Assembly (NCBI GenBank): GCA_048941285.1
Contig: JBHLNS010000002.1
Location: 32,001 to 96,000 of the forward strand
DNA from: Promethearchaeota archaeon
GTDB taxonomy: Archaea; Asgardarchaeota; Lokiarchaeia; Sigyniarchaeales; SOKP01
DNA: 64,000 bases
Direction of reading: 5' to 3'
Shown here one piece after another: positions 19,643-29,080 of the stretch (positions are counted from its first letter, which is position 1; every line of letters begins with the position of its first letter). Position numbers and translations under genes: made by a program. The notes under the pieces were generated by a model. It had not been told where the DNA came from. It was given only the letters and a program-made list of their open reading frames with translations, and made no database searches.

Positions 19643-20671
19643 TTATTTATTTTTCCATATATTTTCAGTATAACAAGGTACAGGTATATCTTTCATGGTT
19701 AATAATCCAGGTTTCGCATCAATTATCTTAGGTATTAAATTAGCAACCATTGCTGCGGTACCAATATCACCGTGAACGCCACCCATAATTTTTTGATGGA
19801 TATTCGGATTTCCTTCTATTATAACACTATCAAATTCTTCATGATCACCAGCAAATGCTAAAAAATCTAAGACAATTATTTCCTTATTCAGCTTTTTAGC
19901 AATAGCTTTACTCTGCAAACCACAAACATACCCTTTTGGTACTTTTTCTCCATAAGAAGTAATAATTTCCTTTTCAGAAACTATAGGTTTTGGTGGGATC
20001 TCTAAAATCTCATCATATTCAATTCCAAGAGCAGCTGCAATCATTTGAATTGATTGAATTAAACCAACATGACCAGTAATTTCTTTATCTTTAATTTTAT
20101 TATCAAATTCTTCTGGCGTTAAACCCGTTCCTATCTTACGTTGGAAAGATACTCTCCTTTTTGCAGAATTCATCATCCGTATTACTTTAATTGATTCTAC
20201 AAATTGACAAGGTGCTGTGATGACAATAGGTAATAGATCCATAAGATACCCTGGATTAATTCCTGTCCCTATAATCGATACATTTAGTGATTTTGCTAGC
20301 TGATTTAATTCTTCAGAAAGTTTGGGATAATATTGAAATGGATAAGATAATTCCTCGCATATGGAAATCACATTAATTCTTGATTTAACAGCTTCCACAA
20401 TTATTGGCGAATTCTTTTCTAATGAAGAAGATGTGGCAATAATGACAACATCAACTTTCTCCTTCGAAAGGATCTTTTTAGAGTTTGATTCTATAATTAG
20501 ATCTTCTTTGTTACCAATATCAAAAAAATCAGATAGTTTTTTCCCGTTAAATTGAGGATCTATGTCTACGACTCCCTTCAATTGTATATTATTACGGGTA
20601 AGCAATAGTTTTACTATTAATTTCCCCATTGGTCCTAAACCTACTTGAACAACTGTGAATTTTTTTTTCAT
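19643..20671 (-). CDS. 2,4-diaminopentanoate dehydrogenase-like / DapB-N NAD(P)-dependent oxidoreductase
   Basis: VGLGPMG Rossmann motif, NVISICEELSYP, GTGINPGYLMD, GVHGDIGTAA. Confidence 0.75.
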   Translation of the reverse strand: MKKKFTVVQVGLGPMGKLIVKLLLTRNNIQLKGVVDIDPQFNGKKLSDFFDIGNKEDLIIESNSKKILSKEKVDVVIIATSSSLEKNSPIIVEAVKSRINVISICEELSYPFQYYPKLSEELNQLAKSLNVSIIGTGINPGYLMDLLPIVITAPCQFVESIKVIRMMNSAKRRVSFQRKIGTGLTPEEFDNKIKDKEITGHVGLIQSIQMIAAALGIEYDEILEIPPKPIVSEKEIITSYGEKVPKGYVCGLQSKAIAKKLNKEIIVLDFLAFAGDHEEFDSVIIEGNPNIHQKIMGGVHGDIGTAAMVANLIPKIIDAKPGLLTMKDIPVPCYTENIWKNK

Positions 20672-20735
20672 TTGAAAAACCTATTTTAATTATTTTATGA
20701 ATAGGATATGAATGTTTATATCTATTAAAAGAATT

Positions 20736-22076
20736 TTAACTAAAAGTTGTTTGAGATACCGGTTTAGCAATTGCTTCAACTGTTTCTTGTATTTGGACAA
20801 CATTTTCGTGAGTATGAGCCATAGAAATCGATCCTAATCCATGTAATCCTGAAATATTTCGATTAAAAAGTGATAATTGAATTAAAGCTTCACGCTTTTT
20901 ATCTTTAAATTCAATAATTTCCCCAATCGAAGGATTTTCAATCCATTTTGTAAGAGCATGAAGCACTACTATCGATTTATAACCTTTAGCTATGATCGGT
21001 AATTTCTTTTCTAGAAAATATTGGTTTAGATTATTTAACAAATTATCACCTTCTTTGTTTATTCGAGAGTAATTTCTTTTTGAATTCTTTAAGATTTCCA
21101 ACGTCTTTAGCCCCGCAATCATACTTAATGGATATCCAGAGAAAGTTCCGCCTCCAATTAAAACTTGATTCTCTATACCAGGTTTCGATTTCTCAATAAT
21201 TTCTTCTCGACCACCAATGGCACCTATTGGCATTCCTCCACCAATAATTTTACCCATTGTGGTTAAATCTGGAATAACATCTATCTGGTTTTGGAATAAT
21301 GAATCTGTGAATCGATAACCCGTTATAACCTCATCAAAAATAAGAAGAATATCATATCTCTCAGTTTCCTCCCGCAATCTTTTTAGAAATTCTATATCGA
21401 CTGGAAATCCACCACCACCACCCAAAATAGGCTCTAAAATAATTGCAGCTAAATTATGAGAATTTTTCTTTATTAAATCAAATGTTTTTTCATTATTAAT
21501 TTCAAAAGTAATAATACCTGCTTCACTTGCGTTTGGAAGACCTGGAGGCCCTATATCACCAAAAATCCCTCCTACATCATAATATAAGGTGTCATTTGCC
21601 CCATGCCATCCCATTTGAGCTTTCCCTATAACTTTTCTCTTAGTAAAAGCCCGCGCTAGACGTGACGCGTACATAGTTGCTTCAGTGCCACTAGTACAAA
21701 AACGCATTTTTTCAATACTAGGATTGTCTCTTATAATAGCCTCAGCTAATTTAACTTGGTGTTCTGTATTGGTTCCAAAATGCCATCCATAAGAGACGTA
21801 TTTTTTAATAATATCTCGAATTTCAGGAGGATTATGTCCTAAAATCATAGCAAAATGTCCATTCCAACAATCAAGATACTTATTATTATCAATATCTGTC
21901 ATGAAGGCACCATTGGCAGAATTTATAAAAATTGGAAAAGCACCAATTAATTGTAACCCAAATGTTCTTATATTATGAGAAATCCCACCAGGTAATACTT
22001 TAATAGCTTTTTCCCATAATGCCTTGGTTTTAGGTCTATTACTCTGATAAGTTTTTATTTCTTCTTTGAGATACAT
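20736..22076 (-). CDS. Class III PLP aminotransferase, glutamate-1-semialdehyde aminomutase (HemL)-like
   Basis: LPGG, RFCTSGTEA, LIFDEVITGYR, PDLTTMGKIIGGGMPIGA, GTFSG. Confidence 0.85.
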   Translation of the reverse strand: MYLKEEIKTYQSNRPKTKALWEKAIKVLPGGISHNIRTFGLQLIGAFPIFINSANGAFMTDIDNNKYLDCWNGHFAMILGHNPPEIRDIIKKYVSYGWHFGTNTEHQVKLAEAIIRDNPSIEKMRFCTSGTEATMYASRLARAFTKRKVIGKAQMGWHGANDTLYYDVGGIFGDIGPPGLPNASEAGIITFEINNEKTFDLIKKNSHNLAAIILEPILGGGGGFPVDIEFLKRLREETERYDILLIFDEVITGYRFTDSLFQNQIDVIPDLTTMGKIIGGGMPIGAIGGREEIIEKSKPGIENQVLIGGGTFSGYPLSMIAGLKTLEILKNSKRNYSRINKEGDNLLNNLNQYFLEKKLPIIAKGYKSIVVLHALTKWIENPSIGEIIEFKDKKREALIQLSLFNRNISGLHGLGSISMAHTHENVVQIQETVEAIAKPVSQTTFS

Positions 22077-22261
22077 CTAAACCATAGAATTTATTGTATA
22101 GTTTGATATATATATTATATTTTAATAATTTAGATAAATTTCTGTGCACTTCAAATTATTTTTAAATAATTGTTTAAGTTTAAAAATAAAATACATTAAT
22201 CAGTATTGCGTGACATGGCGTTAAAAGGAGAGGAGATAATTAAAATTATAGGATGAGAAGA

Positions 22262-23566
22262 TTAGTCAATTTTAGCTCCACAGGTAGGACAATTTTCAAC
22301 TAAAGCACCACAAGTCGCTCCGCAAATTTTACAGAGCTTTATTGTTACAGCTCCTCTCTTCTTTGGAGGCTGTAAAGCTGTTATTGAAATGGGCTTTTCT
22401 TTTTGTTCAGAAGATTTTAAAGGTTCGGTTCCCACCAATTTATTTGTATTTTTAGTACCTATGGTGATTTCTTGGCCAAAAAAGCCCCCTATTTTTACTT
22501 TTTTAGTAACCTCGGGTTTTTTTTCTAATTCTGTTAGTAAGGTTCCAGAATCTGCTTCTTCCTCTAAAATTTGTTGGTCTTCAATTTCTTCTATAGTGGT
22601 TATTTGAGAAATAGGTTCTTGCAAATCAACTTCATGTAATTCTTCTTCTAAATCTTCCTCAAAAACTATATTAACAAATTCTTCGTCTAACTTTAAAAGT
22701 GTTTCACATTGAACACATCTGAAAACGTGGCGTATGCCAATATTTTTTGCAATTGAGTATTTTGCACCACAACAATTATGATATTTAGCATTACAATTAT
22801 AACATTTATGAATCTCATCAGAATGTGCTTCACAAATAGGACATAACTCTTGTTCACATATATCACAAATCTCTTCATCTTCGGGAGATAAACTAATAAG
22901 ATCTACTGCTAAACGTTCATAGAAGACTTTGTCATCAGTTAAAACCTGTTCAGATTCTTCGGTCTTAATAACTTTAAATTCTTTTTTATTCTGAATCAAT
23001 GAATCTAATATATTTGACAAAAGCTTTTCATTCGGACAATAAAATGTACCTCCGTGGGTCTCACTTGAAATTACTTTTAATTTGACATCATCTTCATAAA
23101 ATTTATCATCTCCTACACGTATGATGTCAATAAAAGCTGAAAATTTTTTTGCCTTGATCAACAAATCATAGAGTGCATTATAATATTCTTCAGATAATTT
23201 GCTTGGAGCATCTGAAATAATTATAACTCGATAATTTTTTCTCGCTTCACGACTTTTTCTAAAAATATAAGCAAGGATTTCATATAACCCATTCTCTAAA
23301 TAACTCTGTTCAATTTCCCTTCTTTCCCATGCCTCGTCAATAGTGTTCAAAACGGTTTCTACATCTTTTAAATTATAAACGCTAATAGGGTTATCATCTT
23401 TTTGGAATAAGACAACTCCATAAGAAGTTAAAGCATTATACTTATCTTTTTCTTTGATAAAAGCATTAATCGCTTTCATTAAAGACTTCTTTTTAAGAAA
23501 ATTTGAAATTAAATCTATGAAAAATATAAACTCCTCAGAATTCACGGCTTCGGTTCTTGGCAACAT
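22262..23566 (-). CDS. vWA-like domain plus RING/PHD-like zinc finger and C-terminal zinc ribbon
   Basis: FIFFIDL, VIIISDAPS, IDIIRVG, ETHGGTFY; CDIC-CPIC-CYNC-HNCC-CVQC; CKIC-CPTC. Confidence 0.7.
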   Translation of the reverse strand: MLPRTEAVNSEEFIFFIDLISNFLKKKSLMKAINAFIKEKDKYNALTSYGVVLFQKDDNPISVYNLKDVETVLNTIDEAWERREIEQSYLENGLYEILAYIFRKSREARKNYRVIIISDAPSKLSEEYYNALYDLLIKAKKFSAFIDIIRVGDDKFYEDDVKLKVISSETHGGTFYCPNEKLLSNILDSLIQNKKEFKVIKTEESEQVLTDDKVFYERLAVDLISLSPEDEEICDICEQELCPICEAHSDEIHKCYNCNAKYHNCCGAKYSIAKNIGIRHVFRCVQCETLLKLDEEFVNIVFEEDLEEELHEVDLQEPISQITTIEEIEDQQILEEEADSGTLLTELEKKPEVTKKVKIGGFFGQEITIGTKNTNKLVGTEPLKSSEQKEKPISITALQPPKKRGAVTIKLCKICGATCGALVENCPTCGAKID

Positions 23567-23701
23567 TTTAGCATCAATGATAAACTAATAACAGAAGTTT
23601 TATTTATTTTTATCTCTAATTATTATAATTTCTTTTTAATTTAATTCTAATAAAAAATTATATTATAAAAGTGTTATAAAATTCAAAGTGTACACTCTTT
23701 A

Positions 23702-25057
23702 TTATAATTTCGAGCCACAATTAGAGCATTTTATTTGTTGAGAATCATTCTGTCTCCCACATTGAGGACAAATTGTAAAGCGAGGCCTTTTCCTTTCTCT
23801 TTCATTTATTGATGAGATTGCTTTTTGGGGTATTAATTCTCTGTCTTTTTGAGCAGTAAAGTTTGACTTAAATGATGTTTGGGTAGCTCTTTCATATACA
23901 ATTTTATCACCTACTTTCTTTACTGTATAGACTTTTCCAAAAAACCCTCCAATTCTAATGGTTTTAACCCTTTCCTCTTCAGAAGAAAAAAAATCATCAA
24001 TTTCTGTGCTGGGATTGACATCTTCATTTTTTTTTTGTTCCAGAATAGATGGTGTTGATGGTAGTGGTTTGATTTTAGGAATTTCTTTAGTAATTGTCAT
24101 TAATTCTTCTTCCTCCAGGTATTCTTTTACAGTACTCACTTCCACTTCACCAGAAACCTCAATAATCTCATCTTCATCAATTTTTAGCAGTACATCACAT
24201 TCTTTATTTGGACAGCGAAAAATATTTGGAATACCTATATTATGATTTATTACATGGTTTGTAACACAGCAATTGTGGAAACTTGAATTGCAATCTTCAC
24301 AAACTACTGGTAAATCATAAATATCAACGCAAACAGGACAAACCTCCTCCTTACAGAAATAACAAACAAGACCTTCTACACTTTCTGGTTTTTTCAAAGG
24401 TTTTGCCAAATGATTATAAAAAGCATAATCTTCTTTACTTATTCTAATACGTTCAGGTTTATCTACAAATGTTGATACAAATTGTTTGGTTTTTACTAAT
24501 TTCTTAATTATTTCAGAAAATTCTTTTCGATCCTTGATATAAAAGATGCTTCCCTTAGTATCAGCCGCAAGTAAATTCAATTTTACATCATCACTAAAAA
24601 ATCGTTCACTAATGCCTGAGACTCTTATGATCTCTATAAATGTTGGAAAATTTTTAATTTTAGATACAAGGTTAAATAGAGCGTTTTGATAATCTTCGGA
24701 TAAATCAGAAGGTGTGTCAGTAATAATTATAATTCTATTATATTTAGATTTCTTTCTCACTGTTTCAGCAATATAGGAAAAAATATAAAATAATCCATTT
24801 TCAAAATAACTTTGTTGTTTTGGGCGTGTTTTCCAATTCTCTTCAATGGATTTTGCAATTATTTCAGAATCTTTTTTATCATTAATAAAGATTGGATTTC
24901 CTTCTTCTTGAAATATCAGAAGAGAATAATGGCCTTTTATATTTACTTTGTTTTTTTCCTCAATATAATATTTAATAGATTTTATGATTTCCTTTTTCTT
25001 TAATATATCTTTCGTTAAATCCAAGTAAAAATAGATATCTTCAATCATTACTTTCAC
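23702..25057 (-). CDS. vWA-like plus zinc-finger protein, paralog of 22262-23566
   Basis: Shared QSYxENGL, IIIxDxPS, IGGFFG motifs and the same Cys pattern. Confidence 0.7.
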   Translation of the reverse strand: MKVMIEDIYFYLDLTKDILKKKEIIKSIKYYIEEKNKVNIKGHYSLLIFQEEGNPIFINDKKDSEIIAKSIEENWKTRPKQQSYFENGLFYIFSYIAETVRKKSKYNRIIIITDTPSDLSEDYQNALFNLVSKIKNFPTFIEIIRVSGISERFFSDDVKLNLLAADTKGSIFYIKDRKEFSEIIKKLVKTKQFVSTFVDKPERIRISKEDYAFYNHLAKPLKKPESVEGLVCYFCKEEVCPVCVDIYDLPVVCEDCNSSFHNCCVTNHVINHNIGIPNIFRCPNKECDVLLKIDEDEIIEVSGEVEVSTVKEYLEEEELMTITKEIPKIKPLPSTPSILEQKKNEDVNPSTEIDDFFSSEEERVKTIRIGGFFGKVYTVKKVGDKIVYERATQTSFKSNFTAQKDRELIPQKAISSINERERKRPRFTICPQCGRQNDSQQIKCSNCGSKL

Positions 25058-25234
25058 ATTAACTAATTAAAAGTGATAATGTATCTCTACTATTATTAAT
25101 AATGTTAATGATAAAACCTCCTTAAATATTTTTTAGAAAAGAAATTGATATAATAAATAGAAATAAAAATTCAAATAAGTTATTAATTTATATCGAATAG
25201 TCAAAAATATGTAAAATAAATTGGTGAAAAATAA

Positions 25235-27220
25235 ATGGATGACTTTTTGAGAAAAATACAACTTTCAGAATATGCCATTGAAATCTATCTTAAAGCATTA
25301 GGAAAATTCTCCTATTCGTACTATGAGTTGTCTAATATTATACCTAAAGCATCCATAGAGCAATTTAATGATTCTTTAAAGGAACTTATAGATACTGGGT
25401 TATTAGTCCAATTACCATCTGGAAAAGATGATAGGGTAGTCCAATACTCTGTTTTACCTCCAATTCTCCCAATCTTGAATTATTATGAAAACATTAATGC
25501 TAATTTGCCAAACATTAAAAACTCAATTCAAGAATTAATGGTCAATTCAATTAATAAAATTTTTAAGGGGAATGATGCAGTAGAATTGGATAGTATACTA
25601 GAGACTTTTCAAGAGATTAAAAAAGATATCGATGAGGATTCCATTATCCAGAAACAAGAAGTTGAAGATATCGTAGCGGGAATGGAAGAATTAAAGCAAG
25701 TAAACAAAAAAATTACAGGGCTTCATCAAGATATAAAAGGTATAGTTCAAACTAAATTTGCAGATTTGATTAAAAATATTAATAATATTAAAACAACCTT
25801 AACTGAGAATATTAAAAAAAAGGAAATATTAACTCTTATCGAAGATTTATTCAAAGAAAAATATGATAACATAGTTTTAGATTTTACTACTAATCTAAAT
25901 GAATTAATCGAGAAAAAGTTTGATGAGAGCTTTAAACCAATAGAAAAAATTACTGAGACAATATTTCAATATAGAAACGATTTTAAAATGCTTCTATTGA
26001 ATATGTTAACTAATTTTGAGACTAATTTAAATAAAATTCATGAAGAACTTAAATATAATAATGATAATCTTTCTACTGCTATTATAAATGTTGAAAATAA
26101 AGTAATAGAGAGTTTGAATACGATAATTCAAAACTCTATTAATGAGGTTTCAGGCTTAAATAAACCAATTGAAGATGTGATGAAAAGTTATCTTCAAGAA
26201 ATAAGCCCGACTAAAACAGATCTCTCTAATTATGTTTGGATAATTCATAGTGTAATCAGAATTAACGAAACAATTCAAAACCTTATCTCAAATTCGAAAG
26301 AAAGTCTGACTATAATAATCCCTCATATAGAAAACCATATAGCACTCGAACAATTTGAAAACATTTCAAGTAATTTGAAAATAAGGCTAACTTCCTCAGA
26401 AGCACACACAAATAGTATTGTAAAAAGCTTTAAAAATATCACAAATGTTTTATACCGTAATTACCAAAACGAAAATTTGATAATTTTAAAAGCAGATGAT
26501 AAACAACTCTTTTTAGGAATAATTCAAGAGTCAAATAACTCATTAAATGATTTTATTGGAATTGGAACTAATTCCAGACCACTAATTAAGCAAATTGATC
26601 CTCTCATTAATAGTATTTGGGAAACAGCTTATTCAGACACTTTTCACGGGGTTCAAGTGGCAAAATCTGAATTTAGTAAAACAACACCTACTAAAACACT
26701 AACAACTGCTAAACCTATAATTAAAGAGGACTTTCAATCAGGTAAAATTGATAAAAGACCTATAATAATAGAAAAATACGATAAAGTAGCATCAGTTAAA
26801 GCCCCAAATCAAATCCAAGAAGTAGAAAGAGATGGTGATAGGGTGATGAAAAACCAATTAAAAGAAACTGTTAGTTCAATTACTCCAAAACCCCAATTGA
26901 AAGACTTAAAACAAAAATTAAAAGAAAAAATAGACTTTGTAACAGAAGCACAACCGAAAGCGAATGATAAAGCTGCTGTAGAAATTGATAGTGCTTTTAG
27001 AACGCTAATTATAAAATTGAATACCATTAAAGGCGATGAATTTAGCAAAGAATTGCAAAATATCGCTGATCTAATATTAGAGAAAAAAGGCTTTTCAGTA
27101 ACTTTACATAAAATAAGAAGTGTTATAAATCAGTTTAAAGATAAACTTAGTTTACTAGATGTAAATGATAAAAAAGACATTTTGGAATATATAGAAAATT
27201 GGAAGCAAAAATTGTTCTAA
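25235..27220 (+). CDS. TrmB-like HTH, long helical/coiled-coil region and PLD-like domain protein
   Basis: LSEYAIEIYLKAL..YELS..LKELIDTGLL winged-helix pattern; helical middle; LISNSKESLTIIIP domain. Confidence 0.55.
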   Translation: MDDFLRKIQLSEYAIEIYLKALGKFSYSYYELSNIIPKASIEQFNDSLKELIDTGLLVQLPSGKDDRVVQYSVLPPILPILNYYENINANLPNIKNSIQELMVNSINKIFKGNDAVELDSILETFQEIKKDIDEDSIIQKQEVEDIVAGMEELKQVNKKITGLHQDIKGIVQTKFADLIKNINNIKTTLTENIKKKEILTLIEDLFKEKYDNIVLDFTTNLNELIEKKFDESFKPIEKITETIFQYRNDFKMLLLNMLTNFETNLNKIHEELKYNNDNLSTAIINVENKVIESLNTIIQNSINEVSGLNKPIEDVMKSYLQEISPTKTDLSNYVWIIHSVIRINETIQNLISNSKESLTIIIPHIENHIALEQFENISSNLKIRLTSSEAHTNSIVKSFKNITNVLYRNYQNENLIILKADDKQLFLGIIQESNNSLNDFIGIGTNSRPLIKQIDPLINSIWETAYSDTFHGVQVAKSEFSKTTPTKTLTTAKPIIKEDFQSGKIDKRPIIIEKYDKVASVKAPNQIQEVERDGDRVMKNQLKETVSSITPKPQLKDLKQKLKEKIDFVTEAQPKANDKAAVEIDSAFRTLIIKLNTIKGDEFSKELQNIADLILEKKGFSVTLHKIRSVINQFKDKLSLLDVNDKKDILEYIENWKQKLF

Positions 27221-27236
27221 AAAAATTCATAAGTTT

Positions 27237-28016
27237 TTACTGCACAGTAGTAAGATTCTTTTTCTTTGATATTTGATAGATATAAAAGCCTTTTATGATG
27301 AAGGATATTATTAATAAGAAAAATCCCAAAAAGATAATTGAACTGATAATTGATAACAAAAAATTGGGAGAACTAATACCTATTATACCAAAAGTGGGAC
27401 AAAGAGGTGCGATTATAAGGAAGAGAATATAAGTTCCTTTATCTTTTGCACCAAAACGAAGATAAGTAGTTATATTAAACCACCCAATTAAAATCATTAT
27501 GAAGGGGATTATAAATGAAGCTGCTATCAAAAGATTACCTATAGCCATAGAATAAAAATAATTAGCATAAAAATAAGTAATTAACAACAGTGCACTCACA
27601 GGAGTTGGTAATCCTGTGTATCCTAAACTCTCTATAATATTAAATCGTGCTAATCTAAGCATAGCCCCTAGAGTGTAACAAATTGCTCCAATTATAATAA
27701 AAATATCATAAATCGTATCAGTTTTGAAAGTTAAATATGTTAGAATTGCAGGGGTGACCCCAAATGTTAAAAAATCGCTTAAAGAGTCTAGTTCCTTACC
27801 CATTTCATTTATAGTTTTAGTTTTACGCGCAATATAACCATCAATCAAATCAGTACCTATCGAGATTGATATTAGAAAAAAACCTAATGAAAAAAACTCA
27901 ATAGTTCTAAAAAAAGCACATATTAGAGCAATAATTCCGAGAGAAGTTCCAACTAAAGTAATATAATCTTTTAATTTTAATATTTTTGGAATTTTGGATT
28001 CAGTAATATTGGACAT
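27237..28016 (-). CDS. pssA: CDP-alcohol phosphatidyltransferase (PssA/archaetidylserine synthase-like)
   Basis: DLIDGYIARK..GKELDSLSD..FGVTPA, LRLARFN, GLPTP. Confidence 0.85.
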   Translation of the reverse strand: MSNITESKIPKILKLKDYITLVGTSLGIIALICAFFRTIEFFSLGFFLISISIGTDLIDGYIARKTKTINEMGKELDSLSDFLTFGVTPAILTYLTFKTDTIYDIFIIIGAICYTLGAMLRLARFNIIESLGYTGLPTPVSALLLITYFYANYFYSMAIGNLLIAASFIIPFIMILIGWFNITTYLRFGAKDKGTYILFLIIAPLCPTFGIIGISSPNFLLSIISSIIFLGFFLLIISFIIKGFYIYQISKKKNLTTVQ

Positions 28017-28169
28017 TCTGCTTGCCTATTTATTTTATATTAATAATAATTAACCCTTATTCCATTAAAACATTTTCATAAGGATATGATAACAAAATTG
28101 TTCACCCAAACTTTATAAAACTACATCAACATTCATTCCATAAAATAATTATTAAAAAAAAGAAAAAAA

Positions 28170-28883
28170 ATGCCATTATATTGTCCAAATTGTGGAGATG
28201 AAATTAAGGATGTATCCCAAAATTATTGCGAGAAATGTGGGTCTCCAATTCCTTCGAGTTTAAAATCAAAAGAAGGGACTACTTCACCTATAGTGCAAAA
28301 AACTTCAGTACCAGGAATAAGAAGTCAAGCTAAACCGGGAGGATTATTCGATATTAACAGAAATTATTATATTTTAAAGGAAAAATATTGGGATTGGGGT
28401 TCTGGTGATATTTTAGATGAGAATAATCAAATAATTGGAAAAATGAAAAGAGTCATATTAAGCATTAGAAGAAGAGTTGAGTTGCAAGAAGTTGATGGTA
28501 CTATAGCAGCTACAATCCATGCAAAAATAGTCTCCGCACGCGGAGCCCAAGATTTAAAAGATCCTCAAGGAAACTTAATAGCAAGGATTAAGAAAAAGAT
28601 ACTTACTTTTTTCAAGAATAAGTTCTTTTTAGAAGCACCTGATGGAACTCGATGGTATGAAGCTGTTGGTAATTTCTTTGGATTTAGCTTTAAAGTCTAT
28701 GATGTAACAACAGGTAATCTTATAGCAGAAATTGAAAAAGCTGACAGATGGAGAGATTTATTTCTTGGTGGATTATTAGATTTTAAAGATACTTATGCTT
28801 TAAAGATTCTTGACAATGAAACTGATAGAAGAATTTTAGTTGGATTTGTACTTTCAATTGACAATGTTCTTCATGATTATTAA
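28170..28883 (+). CDS. Zinc-ribbon plus LURP-one-related/scramblase (Tubby-C-like) protein
   Basis: CPNCG..CEKCG; YILKEK, ILDENNQIIG, GNFFGFSF, DTYALKI and a terminal helix. Confidence 0.75.
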   Translation: MPLYCPNCGDEIKDVSQNYCEKCGSPIPSSLKSKEGTTSPIVQKTSVPGIRSQAKPGGLFDINRNYYILKEKYWDWGSGDILDENNQIIGKMKRVILSIRRRVELQEVDGTIAATIHAKIVSARGAQDLKDPQGNLIARIKKKILTFFKNKFFLEAPDGTRWYEAVGNFFGFSFKVYDVTTGNLIAEIEKADRWRDLFLGGLLDFKDTYALKILDNETDRRILVGFVLSIDNVLHDY

Positions 28884-29080
28884 ATAAAACCTATTTTTTT
28901 TTTCTATTTTATAAAATTTAACTGCTAAAAAATAGCTTTATGTTTTTTAAAAAAAAAAATTTAAAACGCCTTAATTTATATTTTTTTTAAAATAAGTAAA
29001 TTTGAATGGAAATTTCAAATTTTTTTAGGAATTATTTATTAAACTTATATATAACTCAATATTGACACTACTGAAAGAAA

